Part shown: positions 1 through 9,381 of the stretch, piece by piece
Layout of the letters: each line of letters begins with the position of its first letter
How positions within the stretch are numbered: the first letter of the stretch is position 1
From: an uncultured virus (IMG/VR IMGVR_UViG_3300042465_003390)
Lineage: Duplodnaviria; Heunggongvirae; Uroviricota; Caudoviricetes
DNA: 64,000 nt
IMG/VR virus record: IMGVR_UViG_3300042465_003390
Reading direction: 5' to 3' (one strand)
Program-made: the position numbers and the translations under genes
The notes under the pieces: model-generated
Seen by the model: the letters and a program-made list of their open reading frames with translations, nothing else
What the model was told of the DNA's origin: nothing
Database searches by the model: none

Positions 1-664
1 GTGCCACCGTGTGCAGCCCCGGCACCTGCCAGATTTCCTCGTCGCGCTCCTTGGGGGCGTGCTCGTCAAGGTGGTTGAAGTCGTAGTCGAAGTCGCTGAT
101 CTCAAGAAACTCGTGGATGCGGGCCAGTTGCTTCTTGGGGTCGGCGATCAGGTCTTCGTACTCGACAAAGAGGAAGCAGGACTTATCGTAGTTGAAGCCT
201 GTGAGAAGCACCTGATAAGACTTCTTGAGGTGGTCGATCAGGTCACTGTTGCGGAGGAAATCCTCAACGTCGTTGGGCTTCGCCACGCGCACGAAGGATG
301 CCGCGCAGTCGTCGATGTTGCGAACGGTGGCGATGATCTTCGGCTTTCGGCCCAGAAGTTCGTGCAGCACGCGGAGGCTTGAGACCTCGGCCCAGTTCCG
401 CGCCTTGTCGATCACGACAGGCTTTTCCACCTTGGCGTACTTGGCATCCATGATGCCGCGCAGCACGGCCTTGATCTGGTCTTCGTCCGGTGCCGCCTGC
501 TCAGCCGAGCTGCCCTGCCACGCCTTGAAGGTGTTGAACATCACCTCGCCCATGCCGCTGGTTGGGCTGGCGTGGAGGTCAGGATGCTGGTTCAACAGCG
601 CGGCGAGGACGGTGCTGCCTGAGCGGGGGAGGCCAGCGAGGAAGTGGAAGGTTTTCTGGGGCAT
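1..664 (-). CDS. Sulfotransferase-family protein (N-terminal part; runs off the window start)
   Basis: Not in the ORF track. Manual translation from the ATG at 664 (overlapping the upstream stop, TAATG) gives MPQKTFHFLAGLPRSGSTVLAALLNQHP...DKARNW...VRNIDDCAASF...VEYEDL, containing the PAPS-binding motifs PRSGST and R-x7-S. Confidence 0.85.
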   Translation of the reverse strand, partial: MPQKTFHFLAGLPRSGSTVLAALLNQHPDLHASPTSGMGEVMFNTFKAWQGSSAEQAAPDEDQIKAVLRGIMDAKYAKVEKPVVIDKARNWAEVSSLRVLHELLGRKPKIIATVRNIDDCAASFVRVAKPNDVEDFLRNSDLIDHLKKSYQVLLTGFNYDKSCFLFVEYEDLIADPKKQLARIHEFLEISDFDYDFNHLDEHAPKERDEEIWQVPGLHTVA

Positions 665-1824
665 TAGTTGGTGACGATCTGTGTGTTTGCTAGAGAGTGA
701 ATGTCCCCGCCAGCCATGGAAAACCAATTAGTAAGAGAGCCGATTTGAACGGGACTTGATTTGGTAACCACTGTGCCATCACCAAGCCGACCGCTTCCAT
801 TGCTTCCCCACATCCACAGTGTGCCATCGGTCTTTACAGCACCAGTATGCTGGCTTCCCGTTTCAACACGTTGCCAAGTCGTCAATGATCCAACTTGCGA
901 AGGACTATTTCTCGCAATGGCCGTATTTACACCCAATTGGCCCTGACTGTTTTGACCCCATCCCCACAACGTGTTGTTAGTTTTTACGGACATCACAAAG
1001 GTTCCGCCTGCACTAACTGTTGACCAGTTTGTCAGACCGCCAACTTGAACAGGGCTGGAACGAGAGTAGGCATCGCCTGTATAGCTTATACCCAACTGGC
1101 CGTCATTATTTCGGCCCCAACTCCACAATGTCCCATCTGTTTTTACAGCAACTGAAAAGTTTGCCCCCGCCGTTGCTGCCGCCCAAGTGGTCAATGCTCC
1201 AACCTGAATGGGACTGGATTTGCTGGAAACTGTGCCGTCTCCCAATGGGCCATTTGCTCCATTTCCCCAAGCCCAGAGCGTTCCATCTGTTCTCAATGCA
1301 ATCGTGTGCTCTCCGTTTGCGGAAACGCTATACCAAGTGGTCAGCGCGCCAACTTGAACAGGACTAGATTTAGCAGCTATAGTTCCGTCGCCAAGTTGGC
1401 CGCCGCTATTACTTCCCCAAGACCACAGTGTACTGTCTGCTTTAATAGCGCAGACATGAGCAGAGCTTGCCCTTGTAGAAACCTTAGACCAATTAGATAA
1501 AGAACCGATCTGTATGGGTGAGGACTTAAAAACTGTTGTGCCGTCGCCAAGTCTCCCTGTATTTCCGTTGCCCCACGACCAAAGCGTTCCATCCAGTTTT
1601 ACGGCGACGGAGAAGTAAGCACCTGCGGCGATCTCGCTCCAATCATTTAGAGCCCCAACTTGAACAGGGGAGGATTTGTCTATTATGGTGCCGTCTCCAA
1701 GTGCTCCAGACGGGCTGTTATCCCCCCACGCATACAACTCATACAGCGGAATCCCCGTCCACGTCCCTGCGGCCACGGCCTGCAGTTGCTCCATCAAGCC
1801 CCATTTTGCGGAGAAATTCGGCAT
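664..1824 (-). CDS. RCC1/BLIP-II repeat beta-propeller protein (putative tail/receptor-binding)
   Basis: About 7 repeats of SSPVQVG.LT.W...AG..H..AVKTDGTLW.WG.N..G.LGDGT. Confidence 0.85.
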   Translation of the reverse strand: MPNFSAKWGLMEQLQAVAAGTWTGIPLYELYAWGDNSPSGALGDGTIIDKSSPVQVGALNDWSEIAAGAYFSVAVKLDGTLWSWGNGNTGRLGDGTTVFKSSPIQIGSLSNWSKVSTRASSAHVCAIKADSTLWSWGSNSGGQLGDGTIAAKSSPVQVGALTTWYSVSANGEHTIALRTDGTLWAWGNGANGPLGDGTVSSKSSPIQVGALTTWAAATAGANFSVAVKTDGTLWSWGRNNDGQLGISYTGDAYSRSSPVQVGGLTNWSTVSAGGTFVMSVKTNNTLWGWGQNSQGQLGVNTAIARNSPSQVGSLTTWQRVETGSQHTGAVKTDGTLWMWGSNGSGRLGDGTVVTKSSPVQIGSLTNWFSMAGGDIHSLANTQIVTN

Positions 1825-3219
1825 TTAGGTTACTCCGTAGAGGGCGAGGGTGGAGGTGAATCCAGAAGAAATTTGAAGCCAATTTGTCTGGGCTCCAACC
1901 TGAACCGGGCTGGAGCGGTTGATTTCTGTGCCGTCGCCCAACATCCCCAAAAAATTAGCGCCCCATGCCCACGCAGTCCCGTCGGTTTTGATAGCGGCCA
2001 TTTGAAAGCCCCCCACAGAAACTTGAGACCAATTTGTTAGTGCGCCAACCTGAACAGGACTAGAGCGATTTATGCGAGTGTTGTCACCAAGTTGGCCGTA
2101 ATTGTTATATCCCCACGCCCAGAGAGTGCCATTCGTTTTTACGGCGGCGGTTTGCTGTCGTCCTGCTGAAACTTGAGACCAATTTGTAAGAGCGCCAACC
2201 TGAACAGGACTGGAGCGGTTTATGACAGTGCCGTCACCAAGTTGGCCCTTATTGTTGTATCCCCACGCCCAGAGAGTGCCGTCTGTCTTTACAGAGGTAA
2301 TTACGTAATCTCCTGCCGACACTTGAGACCAATTTGTAAGCGCTCCAACCTGAACAGGACTAGATCGCCGGAAAGAGGAACCATTGTTTTGACCGAGTTC
2401 GCCTTTCTGATTATACCCCCACGCCCAGAGAGTTCCGTCGGTTTTCAAAGCTGCGCTATGACTATTACCCGCTGAAACTTGAAGCCAAGTAGTCAAAGCG
2501 CCAATTTGTACAGGGCTGGACTTGCCGGAAACAGTGTCATCGCCCAACCTACCTCCACTTCCTCTTCCCCAAGCCCACAACGTTCCATCTGTTTTTACAG
2601 AGGCCGTAAACTGACCCCCTGCCGATACCTGCTCCCAGTTGGTAAGAGCGCCCACTTGGACAGGGCTGGAGCGGTTGATGACGGTGCCGTCTCCGACTTG
2701 GCCGTTGCTGTTGAGCCCCCACGCCCAAAGAGTGCCGTCAGTTTTTACGGAAGTTTCGTGCGCAGCTTGACCCGCTGAAACCTGAGCCCAATCTGTTAAT
2801 GCTCCGATCTGAACAGGACTGGATTTATTGACGACAGTGTTGTTACCAAGTTGACCTTTATCGTTTTCACCCCAGGCCCACAGCTCTGCCCCGGAATAAA
2901 TCTCATTTCCCGTATTGAATGCAGATACCCGACCCGGCCCATAGATGTTGGAAGCCGCCGCGCGAACCTTAAACGTACCGCTGCCGGGGGAAATGCTAAT
3001 CGGAGACGCCGACCCCGTCGCTCCGACCGATGCCCCGGTGCTTTCGTTGATAGCCGTGACCGTATAGCCCGTGACCGCACTTCCGCCGGGGTTGGCGGGT
3101 GCGGTAAAGGCCACGGACATAGACCCGATGCTGGTCGTGACAGACGTGATGGTCGGGGCGTCGGGGGCTTTCAGAAGGTCAAAGCCGCCGTTGACGTAGC
3201 CGCCTTGGGACGTAGCCAT
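1825..3219 (-). CDS. Fibronectin type III-like domain + RCC1-repeat protein
   Basis: N-terminal PDAPTITSV...F.APANPGGSAVTGYTVT (FN3-like) followed by about 7 RCC1 repeats. Confidence 0.85.
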   Translation of the reverse strand: MATSQGGYVNGGFDLLKAPDAPTITSVTTSIGSMSVAFTAPANPGGSAVTGYTVTAINESTGASVGATGSASPISISPGSGTFKVRAAASNIYGPGRVSAFNTGNEIYSGAELWAWGENDKGQLGNNTVVNKSSPVQIGALTDWAQVSAGQAAHETSVKTDGTLWAWGLNSNGQVGDGTVINRSSPVQVGALTNWEQVSAGGQFTASVKTDGTLWAWGRGSGGRLGDDTVSGKSSPVQIGALTTWLQVSAGNSHSAALKTDGTLWAWGYNQKGELGQNNGSSFRRSSPVQVGALTNWSQVSAGDYVITSVKTDGTLWAWGYNNKGQLGDGTVINRSSPVQVGALTNWSQVSAGRQQTAAVKTNGTLWAWGYNNYGQLGDNTRINRSSPVQVGALTNWSQVSVGGFQMAAIKTDGTAWAWGANFLGMLGDGTEINRSSPVQVGAQTNWLQISSGFTSTLALYGVT

Positions 3220-3234
3220 ACTAGCCTCCTAACG

Positions 3235-3609
3235 TCACGAAATGTCCTCGTAGGAGATTATCACCTTGAGGTCGTTTGCGGAACCCGCCGTCGCACCGAT
3301 CGACTTGTCTTCCTCAAGATAAATCGAGGTGTTCTTGTCGATAACCACGAGCGAGGCGTCCGCAGGAACCGAGACCGTGCTTACGATCTGAGTCGCCGTG
3401 CCGCCGATGTTGTCCTCGCTGTAGAGCGAAACCGTGATGTCGGCGGCGTTGGTTCCGTCCACGTTTGAAATGATCAGCGAATTGATCTTAAAGACCTTGT
3501 TGGACGCTGCCGTATTTTCGACGACAAGCGTTGCGTTGGTGGTGGTCAGATCAACCACGGCGGACTTGCCGAGGATCGAGGTGACGTTGACGATATTAGG
3601 GTTTGCCAC
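3235..3609 (-). CDS. Putative virion structural protein
   Basis: Beta-rich 124-aa ORF in the late operon, with an RBS. Confidence 0.6.
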   Translation of the reverse strand: MANPNIVNVTSILGKSAVVDLTTTNATLVVENTAASNKVFKINSLIISNVDGTNAADITVSLYSEDNIGGTATQIVSTVSVPADASLVVIDKNTSIYLEEDKSIGATAGSANDLKVIISYEDIS

Positions 3610-3620
3610 AGTTTATCTCC

Positions 3621-4424
3621 TTAGCCGAACACGATGGCCATGGCGATGGCCTTGCCTGTAGAAATTCCCGCACTCCCAAAGCTTAGCGCCCCGGAGCCGT
3701 TTGTCACCAGAGCCTGTCCGCTTGTGCCATCCGCTGCAGGGAGCGTTAAAGTGTAGCTGGCAGAGACAGTGCCGGGTGCCTGAAGCGCAACATACTCCCC
3801 GCCCGTAGTGTCTTGAAGACGAAGGTCTCCTTGCGCCGTAATGTCCACCTGACCAGCAGTGACTGCAGTAAACGTCGGGCTGTCTCCAGTTCCAAGCCCA
3901 AGATTCGTGCGCGCGGCAGATGCAGACGACGCCCCAGTACCGCCATCCGCAACAGCGAGGTCGGTGATCCCAGTAATCGAACCGCCCGTGATGTTGACGC
4001 TCGACATGGCAAGGTCAGCGGTAAGGTCTACCACGGCAGCCCCTGCACCAGCGCCATCGCTGTATACAATTTTTGTGTCGCCATTGGCTACAGTGACGTT
4101 TCCGCCAGAGCCTTGCGTCAGAACCACGCTCTGTCCCGAGGAATTCTTAACAACATACAAATGCTGTCCGTCATTGGGAGAGATGGTTACCGTGTTAGTG
4201 CCACTCGGGCTCCCACCAAAGACCAGAACCGCATACTGTCCGTCAGACAACGTTGCATCAGTTGTCGTCAGTGTGTGTGTCGTTCCAGAAAGTGCAATTG
4301 CACCAACGCCGTTGGTCAAGCGGTCGATGATCTGCAGGTTGGTGTTTGTGGTCGAGCCCCAAGTGCCTGACTGTTCACCAGTGGCAATCAGCTCTATGCC
4401 TGTCTGAGTATATGAACTTGGCAT
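3621..4424 (-). CDS. Tail fibre-like structural protein
   Basis: G/T/S-rich; contains GEQSGTWG..TNTN, LAVADGGTGAS..ARTNLGL and TLTLP..DG..GQ.L.TNGSG.LSF, motifs typical of phage fibres. Confidence 0.7.
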   Translation of the reverse strand: MPSSYTQTGIELIATGEQSGTWGSTTNTNLQIIDRLTNGVGAIALSGTTHTLTTTDATLSDGQYAVLVFGGSPSGTNTVTISPNDGQHLYVVKNSSGQSVVLTQGSGGNVTVANGDTKIVYSDGAGAGAAVVDLTADLAMSSVNITGGSITGITDLAVADGGTGASSASAARTNLGLGTGDSPTFTAVTAGQVDITAQGDLRLQDTTGGEYVALQAPGTVSASYTLTLPAADGTSGQALVTNGSGALSFGSAGISTGKAIAMAIVFG

Positions 4425-4433
4425 TTTGGTTCC

Positions 4434-5048
4434 TTACGCCGCGATTTCAGTCCAGATGGTGCCGACTGAGGGTGTAATCTCAGTATAAACAGTTCCGGGG
4501 TCTGGGACAATCCTGCCCCACACTAGCACAGGTTTGACCAATCCTGTAGCTGAAACGCCAATTACAAAGACATTGGCATCACAGATGGTGGTAACCTGAC
4601 CGACCTGCCCAGTGCTGCTAACGCCAGTAACGTTAACGTTTGCAGCGCCAATGATGGCAACGCTTCCGACATTGCCAGTCGCCTCAACCCCGGTAACACT
4701 TACCGAAACGGACTCCTGAACTCCTGCGGTTCCAACCTCACCAATTGCTTCAACGCCCGTGACGTTTACCGTAACACCAGCTCCCTCAGAAACGGTAACG
4801 TTGCCAACCTGCCCTGTTCCAAAGACGCCTGTGACCGAAACACTGGCATCCGCTTCAACAGTTACCGTTCCGACTTCACCCGTCCCGAATACGCCCGTAA
4901 CGCTGACAGATATGTTTTCAGTTGTAGTAACTGCAACACTGCCGACTTCGCCCGTGGCAAAGCCAACAGCAACGCTGCCTTCGCCCCAAGCGAGTTCGCC
5001 GAACCCCGCTCGGCCCCAGCCGCTAAAGGGGACGACGACATCTGTCAT
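4434..5048 (-). CDS. Repetitive V/T/G-rich virion protein
   Basis: About six ~22-aa repeats of V.VTGV..TG.VG.V. Confidence 0.65.
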   Translation of the reverse strand: MTDVVVPFSGWGRAGFGELAWGEGSVAVGFATGEVGSVAVTTTENISVSVTGVFGTGEVGTVTVEADASVSVTGVFGTGQVGNVTVSEGAGVTVNVTGVEAIGEVGTAGVQESVSVSVTGVEATGNVGSVAIIGAANVNVTGVSSTGQVGQVTTICDANVFVIGVSATGLVKPVLVWGRIVPDPGTVYTEITPSVGTIWTEIAA

Positions 5049-5051
5049 GTC

Positions 5052-5489
5052 TTAGGCGATCCTGATAAGGGCGTTCGATGCGTCTGCCGTTGGGAAGACA
5101 ACAGTGAAGTCCCCAGCCGTTGAGGTTTTATCAGACCCAAAGTCCAAAACAACAACAGCAGGATCACCAGCAGCAGAGTCATTGTAGATCAACGCGCCGC
5201 GAGCCGTGATGGTGGCCGAGGTAAATGTTAGATCGTTGAAGTCAGCAAACCCTGTCGTTCCACTGGTAGTCGGAGTGACATTTGTCAAAGCACCACCACC
5301 TGCCGAATACGACCCAGAAGCACTCACTTCGTTTGAGGAAGTGTATGCTGTCGTTGCAGCCGTGAATGAGGCACTGTTGGTGTATAGCGCGAGCTTAAAA
5401 GTGTTGCCCGTGCCGTTAGTAAAGTTGTGCACTCCCTGCAGGACTTCCTGCTTGAAGGACGTAGCCATAAAGTTGCCAGTGAAGGCCAT
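5052..5489 (-). CDS. Conserved phage virion structural protein
   Basis: SFKQE.L.G.HNF...FKLALYT...ARGALIYN...VLDFG.DKTST pattern; late operon. Confidence 0.65.
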   Translation of the reverse strand: MAFTGNFMATSFKQEVLQGVHNFTNGTGNTFKLALYTNSASFTAATTAYTSSNEVSASGSYSAGGGALTNVTPTTSGTTGFADFNDLTFTSATITARGALIYNDSAAGDPAVVVLDFGSDKTSTAGDFTVVFPTADASNALIRIA

Positions 5490-5490
5490 G

Positions 5491-5787
5491 TCAGAGTCTC
5501 CTTATGAGTTCGGCCAGTTCTGGATGGCCAGCATCGATCAGCGCATTATACACAGTTGTGCGGTCGCTGCGAATAGCCTGCCGCATATAGCTCGCCACAA
5601 GCGTTTCAATGTGGCTTTGAAATGCGCGAGCCTGATCTCGAATCCCCGGATGCGCGCTATCGGAGACAGACACAATTCGATTCACGCACTGCTCCGCCAA
5701 TTCTTCTGGCGTGAAGCCACGGTTGTGAGTTGTCTTTACTAAGACAACAGGCTCATCGCGTGGAATGCTTAGCTTGACCTCAAACAT
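5491..5787 (-). CDS. Hypothetical phage protein
   Basis: Translationally coupled ORF in the late operon. Confidence 0.6.
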   Translation of the reverse strand: MFEVKLSIPRDEPVVLVKTTHNRGFTPEELAEQCVNRIVSVSDSAHPGIRDQARAFQSHIETLVASYMRQAIRSDRTTVYNALIDAGHPELAELIRRL

Positions 5788-6443
5788 TACATGTTGATCC
5801 TTGGCTCACCGTCACGGTAGCTGTCGCGCTTCAGGCGTCCTTCGCCAAGGGTCACAAGGCGGCGAAGTGCATTGTCGTATGATTGCTGGTAGGCAGCCAT
5901 GACATCCTGCTCACCTTTCATGAAGATGTAAGCATTGATCAAGCTTCCATACAGCAATACCTCTTCTGCATTGGTGCCAAGCCAAGATGTGCCGGAATCA
6001 ACAATCGACGGCGGATCAAAGTAGTAGTGAAGCTCAACGCTATAGCTGGCGTTCGGAGTCGGCCCAAGGATAAAGTGACCCGGCGAGTTTGTTGACTGCA
6101 CATCGCCGTCAAACTCTGCGTAGTACTTTGGCAAGCCAGTAGTCGATATGGATGGATAAGCTTCTCGAATGAAGTTCACGTCCTTATCAAGAAGAAACGT
6201 GTAGTTCCCATCTCCATCAATCACAGCAAGGGAAAACGGAGATAGAAAGTCAGAGGGCCGAGCCAAGAAACGATTTGATGCCGTCATGTTTGCGGTGACG
6301 TTCTTGCGAAGCTCTGGGATCATTACTGTGCGGTAAATTCTTTCCTCAGCCTGACGCACAAACGTAGGGATATTGGACACGAAGGTTGTCTCCGTGTTCT
6401 CCGTGTAATCCTCAATCGCTTCTACTAGCTCAGAATAGTTCAT
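5787..6443 (-). CDS. Putative tail tubular protein A / head-tail adaptor
   Basis: MNYSEL..AI.DY.E, G.PKYYA, GPTP...Y.VELHYY and LLYGSL..AY.FMKG patterns of podoviral adaptors. Confidence 0.65.
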   Translation of the reverse strand: MNYSELVEAIEDYTENTETTFVSNIPTFVRQAEERIYRTVMIPELRKNVTANMTASNRFLARPSDFLSPFSLAVIDGDGNYTFLLDKDVNFIREAYPSISTTGLPKYYAEFDGDVQSTNSPGHFILGPTPNASYSVELHYYFDPPSIVDSGTSWLGTNAEEVLLYGSLINAYIFMKGEQDVMAAYQQSYDNALRRLVTLGEGRLKRDSYRDGEPRINM

Positions 6444-6449
6444 TTGAAC

Positions 6450-6656
6450 TTACCCCATACGGTACTGGCCACCCTTGGAGGCAGCGCCCATGCCACGGCA
6501 CTTTCCGCCCATTTCCATCTTCTTGACTTTGCCACCCATGGCCATCTTGCCAACGCCGTCAGCAGCAAAGGCCGGGACTTTCTTCCCGCCCTTTTCAACC
6601 ATCTTCATACCGCCGCCCATCATCTTTTTCATGTCTTTTTTCATGTCATGCTCCAC
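6450..6656 (-). CDS. Small Lys/Met/Gly-rich basic protein
   Basis: 68 aa with repeated MxxGG motifs and RGMGAA.KG. Confidence 0.65.
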   Translation of the reverse strand: MEHDMKKDMKKMMGGGMKMVEKGGKKVPAFAADGVGKMAMGGKVKKMEMGGKCRGMGAASKGGQYRMG

Positions 6657-6969
6657 TGGTGGTGTTGACAGTCACGGTTCCAACAGACCCTACCATATAC
6701 TGTGCTGGATTCCCAACCGGATTCCAACCCCATAGCTGCCTGCTGGCATCCTGAGATGTATCTGGCCTTGGGTTCATCAGAGATTGTGGATCATTGATCT
6801 TCACGCGCCCAAGAAAGTTTTGGGGCTGATCTGGATCAACGACATCTCGCCCAACTCGAAAACCAGTCTTTGTTCCGTTGTTATACTCCCAAACAAGATC
6901 ACTAAGCGGATAGCGAAACCCGGTCTTGTCGCAGAAGCCAAACGCATATTTTCCTTTAGCGTAAGACAT
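6646..6969 (-). CDS. Conserved hypothetical phage protein
   Basis: YA.G.CD.TGFRY...DPDQPQ...DPQ.L.NPRPD; coupled to its neighbours. Confidence 0.65.
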   Translation of the reverse strand: MSYAKGKYAFGFCDKTGFRYPLSDLVWEYNNGTKTGFRVGRDVVDPDQPQNFLGRVKINDPQSLMNPRPDTSQDASRQLWGWNPVGNPAQYMVGSVGTVTVNTTSGA

Positions 6970-7652
6970 TAGCCACCCATCATGTAAGAGCTGAACGGCA
7001 CAAACCTTACAGATGCACGCTCTTCATCCTCGCCGGATGCCAGATTAAACTGGAACTCATATTCCTGCTTGAGGGCAGCAACGCGATCTCCAGCTTCTGG
7101 CTTTTTCATGGCGATGTAATAAGCGAGTCCCGACACAAGAGCAGGAACGAACCGAGGCGGCACAGAACTGGTAGATGATCCAATACCAGACGATAGACCA
7201 TCAATCCCCTTCAGGCGATAATACACCAAGGTGTATGGCGTTGTAGCGTCGGGGACTGGCCACAGAGTTACCTTTGTTTCAGTTGGCAGTCTTTGCACAT
7301 AAATCTGAGTTGGCCGTCCCTGCGTGTTCTTGTTTGTCTGCTGGGCATAAGTAGACACGCTAATACGCTCAAGCGCCGTGTCGGTCTGACTTGTGCCAGT
7401 TCCTGTACGAAGCTGATGCTCTAGAAGGTCGATGGTATCTGACGGCATTGTATAGGTTGCAGTACCTGCCGTGATGGCAAGTGTGCCGGAATCAATCGTG
7501 AACAGATTAAGCCCACGATTCTGCCACTCCAGCGTCATCAGGTTAAGACTACGCCGCGCTGTTTTAAGATCGTATCCCGAGCGCATTTCAAGGCCAGCCC
7601 GTTCGTAGGCTTCCTCAAAAAGTTCTGGAAGATCGGGTGTGACTACAGCCAT
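6969..7652 (-). CDS. Putative head-tail connector/adaptor protein
   Basis: EEAYER.G...GYDLKTARRSLNL...W.NRGLN, GRPTQ and P.RF.PALV.GLAYY patterns. Confidence 0.65.
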   Translation of the reverse strand: MAVVTPDLPELFEEAYERAGLEMRSGYDLKTARRSLNLMTLEWQNRGLNLFTIDSGTLAITAGTATYTMPSDTIDLLEHQLRTGTGTSQTDTALERISVSTYAQQTNKNTQGRPTQIYVQRLPTETKVTLWPVPDATTPYTLVYYRLKGIDGLSSGIGSSTSSVPPRFVPALVSGLAYYIAMKKPEAGDRVAALKQEYEFQFNLASGEDEERASVRFVPFSSYMMGG

Positions 7653-7912
7653 TATTTGGCCTTTCTGTGAGCAGCGGTTTTCTTGGCGATATTCTTGGGC
7701 TGGGCTACAAACTGCTTACCCTTGCGTGTGCCTTCACGCTTGGCCTTAGTGCTTGCGGCATACTCAGCAGGCGAGAGAGCCTTTATTGCCGATTCAGGCA
7801 AGTAACGCTCTCCCGTTGCTTTGGGCCCCTGAGTGGACGGCTTACCAGATTTGGTTCGCCACTTCTGCTTTGTCCAACTGTCTAGGCTTCTTTGAGGCGC
7901 AGCCTTTGACAT
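7652..7912 (-). CDS. Small basic protein (DUF5872-like)
   Basis: QRSL..WTKQKWRTKSGKPS...TGERYLP. Confidence 0.6.
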   Translation of the reverse strand: MSKAAPQRSLDSWTKQKWRTKSGKPSTQGPKATGERYLPESAIKALSPAEYAASTKAKREGTRKGKQFVAQPKNIAKKTAAHRKAK

Positions 7913-8049
7913 TACTTCTTCTTGGCTTTGCCGCCGCCACGCATGGGTTTGGCTTTACCGCCATCCTTCATGCCCATCGGCTTGTCGGTCATGCCGCCAC
8001 GCATCATTTTTTTAGCTCCGCTCTTCATTGCTCTGGGCTTCATCGCCAT
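7912..8049 (-). CDS. 45-aa Lys/Met-rich basic protein
   Basis: Manual translation MAMKPRAMKSGAKKMMRGGMTDKPMGMKDGGKAKPMRGGGKAKKK; AGGAG RBS; stop overlaps the next start. Confidence 0.65.
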   Translation of the reverse strand: MAMKPRAMKSGAKKMMRGGMTDKPMGMKDGGKAKPMRGGGKAKKK

Positions 8050-8569
8050 GGTTCAATCTCCTTTTGCGGTTGATGACGAGAGCTTCGTACTCGTCTTGGG
8101 GATAGGCGGAATAGTACCCTAGTATCTCAAGCCTGTCACTAGCAGCAACAACGAGCCGAAGGTCTTGTATGAACATCATACAGTAGTCTTGTTCAATTGA
8201 ACTTTCCCAGTCGTTGTCCGTTAGAAAGTCCATCTCCGCGTCATCAGCGCCGTAGTCTGGATGGAACTGCATGCAGTGTAGGGACGGGTGTTTTTCATTA
8301 AGCGCGTCGGTAAAGGCGCTGAAGTCGTCTATGTCCGGGATGTCGTATGTGCCAACAACAATGAGTTCTTTGTCAAACTCGTAAAATTCTCGGCAGTACT
8401 TGGCAACATCTTCCTCGAAGTTGTCTGATTCGATAACGAGAACTTTGTTTTCCCGCCATGCCTTGCGAGCATAAGGACATGGCGGCATGCCGTTTAGGTG
8501 TTTGCTTGGCGGTTCAAGAACCTCACGCGACCAACTTCGAAGGTCTTGCTCAATCGCGGTAGCCACCAC
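8012..8569 (-). CDS. DUF1415-like hypothetical protein (start uncertain)
   Basis: W...V......PCPYARKAW...FHP motif; acidic. Confidence 0.55.
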   Translation of the reverse strand: MVATAIEQDLRSWSREVLEPPSKHLNGMPPCPYARKAWRENKVLVIESDNFEEDVAKYCREFYEFDKELIVVGTYDIPDIDDFSAFTDALNEKHPSLHCMQFHPDYGADDAEMDFLTDNDWESSIEQDYCMMFIQDLRLVVAASDRLEILGYYSAYPQDEYEALVINRKRRLNHGDEAQSNEERS

Positions 8570-8798
8570 CAGAATCCTTGTACCGCTTTGCGAGCATCTG
8601 CGCCTTGCGAGCTGACCACTGACCCGGCTTGCCGCCCTTGCCGCCAGCCTTAATGCTCTCAAACATAGACTTGCGCATTCCCGGCTTGGTATAGTTGCCA
8701 GCCTCGTTGACGCGGCTCTTGCCGCCGTCCTTCATCTTTACGGGCTTCTTTGGAGAGTTAACAATTTGTTTGCTCATGTTGGCGCGACTGATTGTCAT
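8550..8798 (-). CDS. Small basic protein (DUF5872-like)
   Basis: AGNYTKP.MRK...IKAG.KGG.PGQWSARKAQMLA..YK..GGGY. Confidence 0.65.
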   Translation of the reverse strand: MTISRANMSKQIVNSPKKPVKMKDGGKSRVNEAGNYTKPGMRKSMFESIKAGGKGGKPGQWSARKAQMLAKRYKDSGGGYRD

Positions 8799-8932
8799 TT
8801 CTTCGCCTTCTTAGCTACGCCCTTGATAGAGCCCTTGTTCTCAGCAGCATAAAAAACCTGCTCGCCTTTCTTTTTTCCATACTGCTTGGCCATGGCGGCT
8901 TTGATCTTCTTGCCCTTAGATGTTAGCGGCAT
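8795..8932 (-). CDS. 45-aa basic protein
   Basis: Manual translation MPLTSKGKKIKAAMAKQYGKKKGEQVFYAAENKGSIKGVAKKAK; GAGG RBS; ATGA coupling. Confidence 0.65.
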   Translation of the reverse strand: MPLTSKGKKIKAAMAKQYGKKKGEQVFYAAENKGSIKGVAKKAKK

Positions 8933-8940
8933 ACATCACC

Positions 8941-9381
8941 TCAGCAGTTCCATTTTCGTAGATAAGCCGCAAGCTTATCGGCCATATCCGAGGAGTCTAG
9001 CACGTTTCCTGCCGCAAGGTTACACCTACCGCACAGTAGTGATCTGACTTCCCCTGTTTTGTGATTGTGATCCACGCACGGGCGATCCGCCTTACGACCC
9101 TCCATTGCGAACTGAGAGCCGCAGCAGTCGCACTTGCCGCCCTGCTTGAGGAGCATCTCCGCAAAGTCGGCTGTAGTGATGCCGTATTTTGCCGGAAGGT
9201 TTAGCGACCTGACATGAGCCGTCGAACAGTCTCGGCACATATAGTTCAGGCCGGACTTCTGGTTCCTGTTTTTGTTAAAAGCGGACGTTGGCTTCCATTC
9301 GCGGCAGCGGCTGCAGCGATAATCCCCATTAGAATTGGGTGTTTTAGGAACTCTGCCCCAATCACGTTTTAGCATCGCCAC
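8941..9381 (-). CDS. Endonuclease VII-family (His-Me finger) putative homing endonuclease
   Basis: Two N-terminal CxxC pairs, then KYGIT, Q.G.CDCC and VDHNHKTGEVRSLLCGRCN. Confidence 0.85.
   Translation of the reverse strand: MAMLKRDWGRVPKTPNSNGDYRCSRCREWKPTSAFNKNRNQKSGLNYMCRDCSTAHVRSLNLPAKYGITTADFAEMLLKQGGKCDCCGSQFAMEGRKADRPCVDHNHKTGEVRSLLCGRCNLAAGNVLDSSDMADKLAAYLRKWNC

Noticed and set aside
664..3219. RCC1 DNA repeats as a CRISPR array or DGR template/variable repeats
   Set aside because: The repeats are in-frame protein repeats with synonymous variation. No reverse transcriptase, cas operon or adenine-specific variation is evident.
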